A stretch of 64,000 nt of DNA from Schizochytrium sp. TIO01 (lineage: Eukaryota > Protista > Bigyra: Labyrinthulomycetes): the NCBI GenBank assembly GCA_004764695.1, contig SMSO01000031.1, positions 7,794,761 through 7,858,760 of the forward strand, in the 5' to 3' direction. Position 1 is the stretch's first letter, and each line of letters begins with the position of its first letter. A program made the translations under genes and the position numbers. Of the stretch, positions 1 through 12,600 are shown piece after piece. The notes under the pieces were generated by a model. That model searched no databases, was not told the DNA's origin, and saw nothing but the letters and a program-made list of their open reading frames with translations.

Positions 1-1319
1 GTTGAGATTTGATCATAGAACACGAGTGGCCGGCGAGCCATAAGCATCTCACCGGAGGTGACACGCTTCTTCTCACCTCCAGATACACCTCGCAGCATGG
101 CATTACCAACAATAGTATTTTTGGCCCGGTCTAAAGCTAAGTTATGAATGACAAAGTCAGGGTACTCCTGCAGTTGTTCGTGCACCTTTGCCTTTTCTTC
201 GGGAGTAGCATGTTCCGAGGTGGAGGTGAAACCAATGACCTTTTCAGCTACCTCAGGTCCTCCAAAGCAGTCGTAGGCAAACTGAAGAGTCTCACGTACA
301 GTAAGTACAGCTGTGTGCTGGTCAAGCTGATCAACATACATGGCAAGTTTGCGCACGTGAAGCTCCTCGGGAGTGTAGCCAGAGTATAACACCTCACCAT
401 CCAATTTGTAACGACCCTTAACCTTGGCGCGTCCAGAGAGAACCTTGAAGAGACTTGTCACACCACAACCAGGGGGGCCCAGAACAAGCGTTGACTTACT
501 TGCCTCGAAACAGCCTGACATCTTGTGCAAGACAGGGATTTCTACCCGTGTGTGCCATTTGCAAGTGAACATTTTGATGAGCGGAGAGAAGATCTTAAGG
601 CAAGTTGTACCCACGGTGGAGATGCCTGTGTCTTCTTGCGGAATCATGACTGAATAGTGCAAATCTTTGAAGCCAACATTTACAGGCCAATGATCATCAC
701 CTCGAACACGACCAAGAAGGTTGGAGTATTGCACAGCTGTCATTTTGCGGTCATAGTCAACAGAGCTTGAGCGGATAGTAGATGGAGCGCGGATGAGGCC
801 TCGACCAAGCAGTTCTCCAAGGAGTTGAACCTCTTCGGGCTTCAAGCTAACCGGCACACGTTCGTTCGACTCAGGTTGTTTATTCTGCTTTGCCACCTGT
901 TTCTGAAGACGTCCAAGCATGCCTCGAATTTTGAGAATCTCTTCCGGAGTTGCTTTCGCATCATCGGATGAAGAGTCGTTGCTGAGACGGGTGTCGACTT
1001 CATCTTCTTCTTCATCGTCAAGAGCAGCGTCCTCTTCCTTTGTGCCGACTGCTGTACCGCCAACGGTGGATACAGCATTTCCATAGATGCCATTTCCATC
1101 TGTTGTTTTGGCTGCAATGCCAGTGGCATCAGATGAGCTTGAGGCTGATGAGCCTGAGGCTGAATCATTCTTCCCCTGGACCTCCTCCTCTAATTGTGGC
1201 GGCACAGCATTTTCAATAGGAACTTCCGTGTCTTCATCCAGTGTCAGAGTCCGCGTGGACATGTTGTCCTCTTGGGGAACACTCGCCGAGTTTTCATTGT
1301 TGCTGCTGCTTGGCAACAT
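1..1319 (-). CDS. Full-size ABCG/PDR transporter, copy 1 (5' part only, about 439 aa; continues beyond the left window edge)
   Basis: Absent from the ORF track because it has no stop in the window. Manual translation from the ATG at 1319 is open to position 1: MLPSSSNNENSAS...GDDHWPVNVGFKDL...STLVLGPPGCGVTSLFKVLSGR...YVDQLDQH..LTVRETLQFAYDCFGGPE...VGNAMLRGVSGGEKKRVTSGEMLMARRPLVFYDQIS. It is collinear with the other copies and has a longer acidic N-terminus. Confidence 0.95.
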   Translation of the reverse strand, partial: MLPSSSNNENSASVPQEDNMSTRTLTLDEDTEVPIENAVPPQLEEEVQGKNDSASGSSASSSSDATGIAAKTTDGNGIYGNAVSTVGGTAVGTKEEDAALDDEEEDEVDTRLSNDSSSDDAKATPEEILKIRGMLGRLQKQVAKQNKQPESNERVPVSLKPEEVQLLGELLGRGLIRAPSTIRSSSVDYDRKMTAVQYSNLLGRVRGDDHWPVNVGFKDLHYSVMIPQEDTGISTVGTTCLKIFSPLIKMFTCKWHTRVEIPVLHKMSGCFEASKSTLVLGPPGCGVTSLFKVLSGRAKVKGRYKLDGEVLYSGYTPEELHVRKLAMYVDQLDQHTAVLTVRETLQFAYDCFGGPEVAEKVIGFTSTSEHATPEEKAKVHEQLQEYPDFVIHNLALDRAKNTIVGNAMLRGVSGGEKKRVTSGEMLMARRPLVFYDQIS

Positions 1320-1876
1320 TTTCTTTATACCTGAACTCCACAAAGATCCAGCTCCTTGTGTTGCCCTCAATGCTCAGCCGGTTGTTCTCGACGACGAGCA
1401 CCACGTCGTTGGGGTCCCGGCGTCAACCCGCAAAAACGTATAAAAAAAACCTATGTAAATTCAGAAACCAAGCTTACAAAGCTCCCCTGCTCCGCACGAA
1501 CCAGTTGGCGAGACCTTGAAGCTGATTCTTGGGAATCGTTTTCGGAGACCCAGCTTGTGTGGACTCCAAGCTTGAGTTCTACAGAATTCTTCTCACACGC
1601 AGCTGCGGAGAGGACTCTCGCAGTTTAAGGCTGCCAGGGAATGGACGGATGGCTTCGAAGCTTAGAAGTACCGAGCTCCGGAAGTAGTTGACAGGTTTCC
1701 GTGTCCTGACACCACGCAAGCAACCCACTCTGAGGTTGCCTGCCTATGAATAATCGACCGTCACGACCTTTGTTTCGAGCTCTAGACTCGAGAGGTGCGG
1801 CACGGCTCGAAGTGGATTTGCTTTTGTTGTATTCGCCGATTCTAATTTGTCGCGGCATCGCTTTGTGTTCTTCCAT

Positions 1877-2050
1877 TTATGTATATATTATTTTTATTTT
1901 TTAAAATTAAAAATCAAATTTAATTTTTTTGTAAATAAAATAAAAAAGGGGAAAGGATGGTTTTAAATTGGCTGGCACTATCCCATTGCTAGTGTCTCCT
2001 ATTAAAATTAAAAATAAAAATGCAAAAGTATATTTATATTAATTGATGAT
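1877..2050. other. AT-rich poly(dA:dT) tract upstream of copy 1 (similar tracts near 14625, 28220, 39275, 49200)
   Basis: Runs of A and T seen directly. A role as nucleosome-depleted promoter or terminator DNA is inference. Confidence 0.45.
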
Positions 2051-2353
2051 TTATTCCGATGTAATAATTAACCATAACAACAGTCTCAAACTATCAAAAA
2101 AAGCAGCAAAATGGCTGTTTTCAATTCAGTTTTCTTCCTCCCATCCTATTTTCGGTTCTTCATTCATAGGCAGTGCCGGTCCTTCGGACCCTCATGCCGA
2201 GGTCCCTTCCATTCCCATTGGAAACGACAGTGCTTGCGCAGACGACGGCTGTTCTCGACCGATGCTTCGTTCGTTCGCTTCTTTATTTATTTATTTGTTT
2301 GTTTGACTGTTTGACGATTTGTTTCTTCGATCGCTTGCTTCATCGTTTTCCAC

Positions 2354-2407
2354 TCATTCATTCATTCATTCATTCATTCATTCATTCATTCATTCATTCA
2401 TTCATTC
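2354..2407. repeat. (TTCA)n microsatellite
   Basis: About 13 perfect TCAT units. Confidence 0.95.
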
Positions 2408-2699
2408 CTTTCTTTGAGTCATCAGAGAGACTGAAAATGACTGATTGTTTTTAACCAGCGATGATGAATTCTTCAAGCAAAGCCATGCGTGCGAACAGCC
2501 TGAAATGAAATGGATGCCCAGAAAGACCATCAAGCCCGAGGCCCGTGGTCTTCTTCTGCTGCACTGCCCTTCGCCTTTGCGTGCCTCTTTTGCGTGAAGG
2601 CGAGGAACAGTCCTGAGGCAGCGCCACAGGCTGCGCCGAAGGGCGATTCAGACGCATGCAATCGAGGAAGAGCGTCTTTTTTGTTCCTTTCCTCTCCAC

Positions 2700-2730
<31 letters not shown>

Positions 2731-2744
2731 GAGAGAGAGAGAGA
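2700..2744. repeat. GA-rich/(GA)n microsatellite
   Basis: agagaaagagagagaaagagaaagagaaagagagagagagagagag. Confidence 0.9.
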
Positions 2745-5700
2745 GCTTTGTTCCGCCCAATTGGACTGCTCTCTCTTCAGTTAGAACAGAACGTGCCAAG
2801 TTATGATGATGGTTTGGATTATGATTGGTGTTTTGATTGTTATTTGTTTTGGTTGTTAATTTACTTTGGTTGTTAATTTATTTATAAATTGATAATTTAG
2901 GTCTCTCAGAGTTATTTTCATCACCGCATACAAACGCCATGTTTCCTGTATCACGGCAGATGCATAGCCGATGGGAGTGAGTGAGTGAGCAGGTGAGTGA
3001 GTGAGAGCTTAGCTCTCTTGTTCTCTAGAGCGAGAAGTATTTGTATGAAATGAGAAGCACTCGCAGGAACTGAGACATTCCATTCACGGGAAATAAGAAA
3101 TGCTCATGGAAAGGGAGAAGTGCTAGGTACCTAGTAGGAAGTTCTAGGGTATCCATGGTGGGCTTGACAAGGAAAGGAGAAAGAAAGTATTGGTACACTT
3201 TAATCTGTTTTCTTTCCGTCCACCTGCGTGGCGATGGTGCTTGGCTCTGGCTGAGTGATTGAAAATAAGGACAAGCTCGTCGCTCGAGGCTGTGTCTTCC
3301 TGGCCTTGACCTTGGGCTTGGCTTAAATTGAAGGCTCTGATAATCACTTGCGAGCTTGCCACTGATTCCTTTTGTTTCTAGTTGTCATTTTCATCACCTT
3401 AGTAGCAGTTTGGTACCCTGCAATCTGAGGTAGTGATTCTTTGTATTAATTTTTATTTACATAATTTTATTTATAGATGATCATGCTTTCGTCTTATTTT
3501 GTTTCGTTTCGTTTTGTTTTGTTTTAGAGTAAAGACCGCTATTGACTTTGTCGATCACTGAGCCAGGAATGAAGAAGCATCGCTTGAGCTGACACGTTGT
3601 GACAAACCTGGATCAGACCAAGCGAGGTCTATAATGTTCCTGGCTATGATGGAAGGGAGAACGTCAATCAGGTTGTACGCACGCCATACAATCCTTCCGT
3701 AAAGATTGTATAATTGGTACCTTCGATTGTGAGCAGGGTTATCCGGGTTTACAATTGGATCCCAACGAAGCTCGGCTCCTCTCTAAGGTTTTGCAATCTC
3801 GATTCCTTATTCGTGGGGCGTCCGTTTTCAGCGGCGTGTCGTCATTCCAAACTAGTCCTTGGAATTCTAGCAAGACCATGGTCGCAGTCGTACGCCCCAA
3901 AGAGCTGCAGCTCAGCTGGTTCCTCCAGACGCAGATCGGACAATGGGGAAGAGAAACAGCCAAGATTCTAAAAACGCAAAGCACTGCAAAGATAGCTTAA
4001 AATCGCAAACTCGAGGTAGTACCTCGACACTAATTCGTACCAGCTTCAGTGAACAAAAATGAACTTGGTAACATAACATTGCAAATCTACACATTCCTGT
4101 ACTCCTCAAATCTTCAGCACTTACGTTTAGCTAAAGGATATCAGCCCCGAGCCAGGCTAACATGATCAAACTGAGCAAGCTCATAGCAACTTTTCTAAGT
4201 TCTTTGCTGTTAATCTTGCCACAACAGTGTTGCTATTGAAGAGTTGTAGTAAAGCAGGAAAAGAAAGGAATATGGAATCGATTATCATTTATGTATATAT
4301 ATAAAATATTAATTAAGGTTTTCCTATTTCAATGATTATACGAACTATGGAGCAAAGAAAGAAGAAAGAATAAGTGTAAAAGTCAATAGAAGTACCTAAG
4401 AACCTAATAAGGGAAGCATGATGAGGCCTGGTCGCAAAGAGTGTTCTTTCTTTAGAAGTTATGACTTTGCTGCCGAAGTCCTGCAGAACATGATTGATTA
4501 TGAAAGTGATTGAACATAGCATGCTTCTATATTCGCCAGACCACATGTAAAGGAAGATGATCGTCATGATTCTTGGCGGCCAAGAAAGCACGTTAGTAAG
4601 GGGTATTTGGGTTATCTGTCCTTCAGTCAACAGAGCATCCCAGCTTTTGCCGGGGAAGCGCAGAGAACTTGATTTCCCAATTCCTTGAAACATTTCTCTT
4701 TTAAGGCTTTTTAATTTTAATTTTAATTTTTTTAATCTAACTTGAAAAAAGAAAAAGTTAAAGATTGACGAAGCCCTTACTATTTATTTTGTTTATAGAA
4801 TCTGAGGCGAATGATAATTTTGATCTTGTTGGTACATCAAATGATCATAGAACCATACATAAGTAGATCAATTCAGTTGGTTGGCATAGATTGAATCGAC
4901 TCAGACCAGCGTCGGCGACACACCGCCTACGGACAACAAGCTGGTTCGGAAGTCGTGTTCTGTTTTGACTTTTAGGCAAGGCTGGGCTACTTAAGGGGGG
5001 GACATGTCAAGGTAGGCTCGGGCGTTTCGATAGTGCCGTTAATTTATTCACTCATTTATATCTCAAATCGAAAGGAATCTCCTTCACGGATAGGAGCAAT
5101 ACATATGAATGCAGCGTAGTGGAAATGGGGTTGGTGGGTTGGTTATATCGGTACATTTTGTTGCCTTTGAAGAGAAGGATGAATGAATTGTTCTTCAGCA
5201 ATTCAGTTTATCATGTGTCACTCGCGGACATTATGAACCGTGATTGTGTAAATTGCAATAGGCTGGTCTAACCTAGCAGCGTCTCGATAAATTGGCAGCT
5301 AGACGCATGGGTGACCAAAAGAATGACATATTTTGATTCGCAGATATCCTCAGAGTCGATAAGTTAATTTCGAAAACCTACTGGAGAGGCCGCGCATGTG
5401 TCATATTTATTTTGTTTAATTGATTAAATAACAGAACAAGATTATAATAATGAAAATCCTGGAGAACAAAGATCCATTCTGCAATTTCGAATAGGAAGGC
5501 GCAGCCGTCTAAAAGTAGTCTTCAAACATTGCGAGTTGAGAGTTCTTTAATGGATAATTTGTACCAATTTGGGATTCATCATTGAGCGATTTAGCTATTT
5601 TGGATCATAACCAGCCTATAGTGAGAGAAATAAGCAATGGCAGGAAAAGAACGATCGCTGCTCCCAGGTAATTCCCTAGGGACTTCGTATGCAGTCCAAT

Positions 5701-7920
5701 AAAAACCCAACGACCCAGTACTACCACCTTTTTTTTGTTCCGCAACTCTAAATAAGCCATACTTAGTTTCTTTTTCGATTGAATGAATCCTCAATGTTTC
5801 CAGTACTACATTGTTTCAAAAAGTTTTTTTTTTTATTTAAAAATAAATAAAAAGGATTGAACTCTGAGTCTGTGGTCATGTTATTTTAATTTCATTTTCA
5901 TTTGTATTAAAAAATAATAAAAAAGTACATAACAGAATAGCTTCAGTATTTTTTCCCCTGAAGTTCCAATTTTTCGAAGCTTCTTTGTTCTACTGCACTG
6001 TCAAGAGGCGTTGGAAGCTGGTGCGTGACCTGTGAGAAGTTTGCTGCTGCTTCTAAAGTTGCAAGAAACGAGTTGGCTTTGGAGTATTATAAGGCTGTGA
6101 ATCACGAGCTAGAGTGACAGAAAGCAAGTTAACCTTGAGGATTGGAAGCCTTAGCAAGAAATCCCTGAACTAACAGTTTAATAATGGGCTAATTATAACA
6201 TTTTTCAAAAGGTGTATTTGGATTTGACTCAGATCGACTTGGAAAACGCCAATTCTAGCATATACTTCCAGGTCGTTGATTATTAGAGAAGGCACTTGGA
6301 TCTACTCCGCTAAAACTATGATTTTATATTGTATAACCTTTTAAAACTTAAAAGCATATTAATTTGCAATGAATCCTAAGAGTTAAAGGTATAAGTGGTT
6401 CGTAACACTCCTTCGATGTAAAGCAGATTGAGAATATTCAATGGTGGAGAATAACATACAAACTCAAGCTTAACCTCTCAATGACGTATGAATTGTAATG
6501 TATTTTTTTTTTAAAGACCAACTTCTGGCTTCACAGATTTCTGCACACCGTTCAATCAATTCAGCATACCGGCATTATAAGAACAACCTGACTCTCCTTA
6601 TCTAAACGTTACATTATATTATTTGATTATTCAAAGAATAGTCTTTTGCTCGATTTGCTTGGATCGTTCGCTGTACTGCTATATAATAAATACCATCACT
6701 AGCTCTTCCTGGGTTTTCGGGCTGGTGAGACTGATTCGAATGCATTTTGTTCAGTGCTTTTATAGCTCGTCATTAGTTTTGAATATAGCTTTTGTGTTCC
6801 CTCTTTCATTAGAAACAACTTATGTAAACTGACATCCTATTGAAGTTTTAGCTATGAATTCTGCAGTGCAGCCCTAAAGTACAATTTATATTTTCGCAGA
6901 TTTGACGACGGTCGATCATGGTAACGAAAATCCAATCGCCCTTAGAATTAAGATTTGTCCGCCCAGTCGCTCCTTCAAAGTGTTCAGATATCATAATTCA
7001 TGATGCTAAAATATCTTCAAAAGGAGTATCGAAACGAACAATGAACAATGTGTCTATGGATAAAAGCTGCATTTTTAAAGAGTTCTATTGTAAGATTCTG
7101 CAATAAGGCATTCAAACGCCACCATAGTTGAATAGGCTATTAATACTAGTAGGTACCCAATAATTCCTTGCCTTTCCTCTTTCTTGGAACTCGCTTCGTT
7201 TTAGTACTTTAATAAGTATGACAGAGTGTACTTCAACTAGATAGTCCCTATTAGCAATCCAACTTTCACTGGTCAAGAACTGACCAAACTGACTGGCTAG
7301 CCGACTTACTACAAGTTACTTGTTGATTAGGTCTGAAGATCTGCCGTTAAATTGCCAACTAAACAGTTATTTAGAGCTCAAGATCATGATAGTTACAGTG
7401 TTGTAGATAGGTACTAGGCTGCTTAAACTGCAAGTGAAGGTGTGACTCTAAGACCAAGTTTTGTACCCGAGCAATGAAGCATCTTCAGCTTTTCTAAAGA
7501 AATATACAGAAAAAAACTGCAAGCAAGTACACGTTTACAAGGGCAGCAGTAGTCGGGACTGCGAAGGACGAGTCGCGCAAAATAAGTTGAATTACCAAGG
7601 CCGGGCTATGGAACAGCGAAGATTCTCCTACTAGCCAGGGAACCTGTAGATAACCCACAGGGAACCCACATACGTTGAAGCGCAATCATCATGTTTGACC
7701 TAAAGTGGATTAGGGACGGACACAGAGCGGGAGGAAAGCATGTTGAGCCGGAGGTTGAGCAAATGAAGGAAAGGTCGAGCACAGCGGAGTATTTGTGGAG
7801 GTTGATTCAGAATTCGATGGTGGCTCGTGCAGGAACTGATTGCATTGGCGTGAAGAACTTGCGCACGACAGACGTTTTATAGGAAAGCAAGAGGTGCACT
7901 ACCTCTATTAGGCTCGCCAT

Positions 7921-7947
7921 TGGATGGATGGATGGATGGATGGATGG
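7921..7947. repeat. (TGGA)n microsatellite
   Basis: About 6 tandem TGGA units. Confidence 0.9.
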
Positions 7948-9640
7948 TAGGTGGGTGATCTGATAGAAGACACCGAGGATAGTATTGATCGATCTTAAAC
8001 TCAACCTTGAAGAAGGTGAATTTCAAGGCTTAGTTTGAGACGATCTTCTATATAGGTAGGTAGGTACCCACATAATTCTTCAAACAATTGGTAAACGAGA
8101 GGCAATGATTGAGAAAAGCCAAAAGGATTTGTGCTGCCACGGAAAAATTAACGCTGTTTCGAAGAAGGTACCTACCAATGTATGTACTTACCTATCAACA
8201 GTCTATGGGCCGTATTTGTGCTTACATGTTCTAATTTGCCAGGTCGGAAGTTATTCATTGGGAAATTAACGAGAAGCCAGCAGAAAAATGCTCCACTCTT
8301 ATGGAGCCCTTCCTCCTACTGGGTTGTAGGCGAGGTTTCACCATACACACGGTTAGGTTTGATGTGCCTCGTGCCGATGAATGCAGGTCAGAAGGAGGTT
8401 TAAACATCTCTTGGCTCGCTTGACAAAGGCACTTAGTTATGTATGATACGAGTCTTGAGGGACAAAGTTGAAAGATTTGCAGCTCAAGCCTTTACTTTGA
8501 CTGATTAGTCTTTCTAAGGACTGATCTCTCCAAACCAGCAGGTTATTTTGATGGGCTGAAAGAGCAAATACAAGAGATTTACCTTAAACAAAGGATCAAA
8601 ATCGTTAAAAAGAAACATATCTCGGCCGTACGTAATACCACTAATTTTGGGGCATATATTGCTTTCAGGTTAAATTTACTATGAGTTTTCCTTATCCTTT
8701 ATCAATATCACCAGATACATTCTAAATTGTTCAGTAGAAACAATCCTAGAGTTGGTCCATGTTTGCAAAAGGGATATTGAGGGAGACCGCTCAGGCTCAA
8801 GTGGCACCATCCGGGCGTCATTGCCGAGATCTGGGTGACCAGGTGTGGTTTATTCACATGGCAATTATCATCCAATCACAGGTTTTACAACACAACTGGC
8901 TAACTTGAGCAAAATCTGAATTACAAGTAAACCTTGTACTGACTACGCGAGAGGGCGTACAATGCCATGCCATATTGATTGAAGATGTACCAGATTGACT
9001 CTTGGATCATATGTTACGAAGCGAAAGATAGTTAGGGCAAAGCGAATTAATATTTTTAAGCGAGACAGGTCCTTTCAATGTAAATTACGTTGTGGTTGTT
9101 CAGTAATGCTACGATCATCGCGCTTATGCGAAGCATCGGCCACAGTCATGGATAGTATCTACGAGTAGGCACCTGGTAACCAAGAGGGTTTAATTTTCTG
9201 ATTGCATTTAGACGAAAGTCCTAACATGAGGTCCTACACCATTACAAAGAACAAGGAAGTCTTCGCTTTGTACAATCCTGAATCTCACCAGATCAAAGAC
9301 ATGCAGCAGTTCTCTATTGCAACAGCCTACCGCACGGCTGCGCGGACAAGACCTTCGGGGTGGAGACCCAAGACACTTGCGTCTAGGATGAAGTGGAGGC
9401 GGCGAACTGCGCCCAAAAAGTCAATGAAGAATAAACAGGAAAGAGGGATTAAGTTGGGAATTTAATTTTGTTTGATGAATTTAATTTTGTTTACTACAGG
9501 CTTACCTGTTGTACCAAGCAAGCAAGCCGATCAATCAACCCATCAGCCAGTTGGTCAGCCTGGATGAATCAGTACAGGTAGGCGCATGGATTTTTGAATA
9601 CGCTTGAGTGCGTAAATATGATTCTGGGACACCCACAAAC

Positions 9641-12600
9641 TTAACGCTTGAGGTAAGAGACATATGCGTAACAGAAGGCGTTCACAATGCGAAATCCACC
9701 GGTGAAGGCAATGACAGATCCCAAGCACCAAGGCCAGTCAGTGGATGCGTAGCCGAAACGGTCCTGCATCACGGCCCATGCAGTTGAATCAGTCTCGTTG
9801 ATCCAGTTGCAGCCCGGGTTAGAAGCAGGCTCGATAGTGGGATCATCACATGCCATCTGGCTTCCCACCAGACCTTGCAACGCGTAGCGTAAGGGGTTAA
9901 TGTAAATGAACCATTGCCAAAAGTACGGAATCTCATCAATAGAAATCATGAGACCAGCAGAAATACACCAGCAAGCAAAGAACACGGCAGCAATGAGTGT
10001 TGCGACTTGCTCATTGGGAAACGCCTGAGCCAGTAAGTGACCAAAGAAGACAATGCACATGTAGAAGATTGTGTAAAAGGCAAAGAAGAGAAAGAAAGCC
10101 GACGCATTGTGGTACATACCAACCATGAAGTAAAAGAGGGAGCAGAACACCAAGGAAGTACCAACACAATACGGCAGTTCAGCCAGAGTTGTAGCAATTA
10201 CTACGGGCATGACACCATAGTAAGACGCAGCACGTTCGCGGTAGTATGAAGCTCGTTCAATGTAAATGACAGGCAAAACACTCACCAAAGCCATGACAGA
10301 CATGAACGAAGGGGCCTGGAACATGGCTCCCACAAATGTTTGAACATCAGATGTAGTCGTGATGTCACCTCCACGCAAAAGAAATGAAAAGCCAAAGAAG
10401 ACTGCCATGAAGATTTTGACAAAAATACGCGAAGTGTTGTATGCAGTATCACGCCAGTAAGATCTCATCCAGCGAAGCGTAAGCTGCTCTGTCTGGTCTG
10501 CGAAGGTACTCGCGAAAGTGGTATCAAAGTGGATTTCAGGACGTTCTGCCAAATCGCGCTGGATAAGCTCCTCAATGCGATTAGCATTCTGCTTATTCAA
10601 ATCACTGTTAAGATACTCAGCAGCGTAATCATTGCCGGGTCCTGCGTTAGCTCCAATAGCTTCAAGCATGTAAGTTGCAGGGTTGTAACGAGGGTTTGGC
10701 ATACCAGGAGTACCAGGCAAGGCATCAAGGTAGTTAAGAAGGTGAATACTGTTCTCGCCAAGGTCTCCAAAGTACACCATCTGGCCACCACGACGAAGCA
10801 GAAGAAGACGATCAAACTTCTCAAAGATGAATTTGGACGGCTGATGAATGGTACAAACAACCGTACGGCCACTACGGGCAATGCGCTCAAGACCGTCCAT
10901 TACCACTCTGGCTGAACTAGCATCAAGACCTGATGTAGGTTCGTCAGCAAAGATGATTGCAGGGTTAGCAGAAAGCTCAACGCCGATGGTTAGACGTTTT
11001 GCCTGCTCTGTAGTGAGACCACCCATTCCTTTGAAACCAATCATAAGATCGCAAATAGGACCGAGGTGAAGAGTTTTGATGACGCCTTCAACAAAAGCAT
11101 CCTTTTCCTCACGAGAAATGCTGGATGGTTGGCGAAGGTAAGCGGAAAAAGTGAGTGCCTCTTGGACAGTGGCATTAGGGCTATGGATATCCATCTGCTC
11201 GACATATCCAATGATTCGAGAAAAGGTTGTGCGCTCCTGGGGGCGACCGTTCACAAGTACCTCTCCGGTGATCTTACCACTAGTCTTACGCAGAGCCAAG
11301 ACGTCCATGAGTGTAGTCTTACCTGCACCACTACTACCCATAAGGGCAGTGAGAGTACCAGCCTCGGCAAATCCATTGATGCCTTTCAGAAGCTTAAGAC
11401 TGTAATCGCCACCCTTATCACCTGGGGCAGGTACAGAGTACCAAAGGTCCTTGAAGACCAGATCCACGGGAGTGAAACCAACTGAATTGTTGTCAAGAGT
11501 GTTCTCGTTGGTGTTGATGACAGTGTTTACGGGGGATGCACCATCTACGCCAAGAGCAGCATCCTTGTGCATGCGAATCTCGCTATGACGCTCAATCGCA
11601 ATATCTTCTTCCTCCACATCCAGAACACGGTTTCCGCCACCTTCGAAACGAAGATGCTCATAGCACATATTACTCACGTACATACTGAACAATGTGTGAC
11701 CAACCATGAGAAGAATTGCAGCCCAAATGAAGTTGATGTCGTATTCGAAGCCATAGAGCGACAGGGCGTAGTCACGCTCTTCCTCGCTAAAGGCGGAAGA
11801 TCCAAACACAACAATCATACCTGCACGGAAGGACCATGAAAGAGGCGAGAGCCAAAAGATCCAAACAAACCAAATCGGGACAGTATCTGCAGTAATAATA
11901 TAACCACTGAAGAGACAGATCGAGGCGATGCAAATACCAGTGAGAACTTGACCAATCGATTGAGATGGGGAGAATGTGGCAACAGCACGAAGCCATGCTC
12001 CAACCGAAACATTGGTCATGATGAGAAGAAGCCAGTAAAGCATGAAACGACCTCCAACATCAGAAACACCGGTAGTCGAGTGTTCACCAAAGGGCACAAG
12101 CCAACCGATCCAGAAGGTCATCATGGCCAGCAAAGTTCCCTCGATGAAAACTAAGGGCAGAACTGAGCAGAGTTCTCCGATGACGTAGTTTCCCGTGCGA
12201 TAGAAGTAAGCATCGCTTTGCTTATAGTACATGGGACGCTGCGATAGAACAACGGGAATCTGTGCTGTTCCTGAAAGGGCGCAGTGAATCATTGTGGCGA
12301 AGTATAAACCGTAACGCTGTAAGGCTGGTTGTTGGTCATCCGAAGAGCTCGTAGGTAGCTGGGGATCAGTCTTGTAAAAGAGAGAACCGATAAAAACACC
12401 AACAATGAGAGCTTGCAAAGCACGTGTCTGAATGAAAGCTGTATCACGAAATGCTAGTGTCAGCTGGCGCTTGACGACCAATGCGAGTTCTCTGCACACT
12501 GAGTTTGCGTACAGTGGCTGAAAGCGATCGTAGATGTCTCGGCGCATGGGCGAGTCAATTTTGTTGTCGGGGTTGCAGTAGCGCTCGATCTCCTCCTGCT

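Noticed and set aside
1770-1792. Adjacent SacI/XbaI/XhoI-like palindromes (also GGATCC/CTCGAG near 41712), resembling a polylinker
   Set aside because: No vector sequence nearby, and TCGA/AGCT/CTAG words are common throughout these spacers.
8050-8180. Recurrent TAGGTAGGTA/TACCTACC words across the spacers
   Set aside because: Short (TAGG)n microsatellite seeds without regular spacing; not CRISPR repeats, telomere arrays or demonstrable TE ends.
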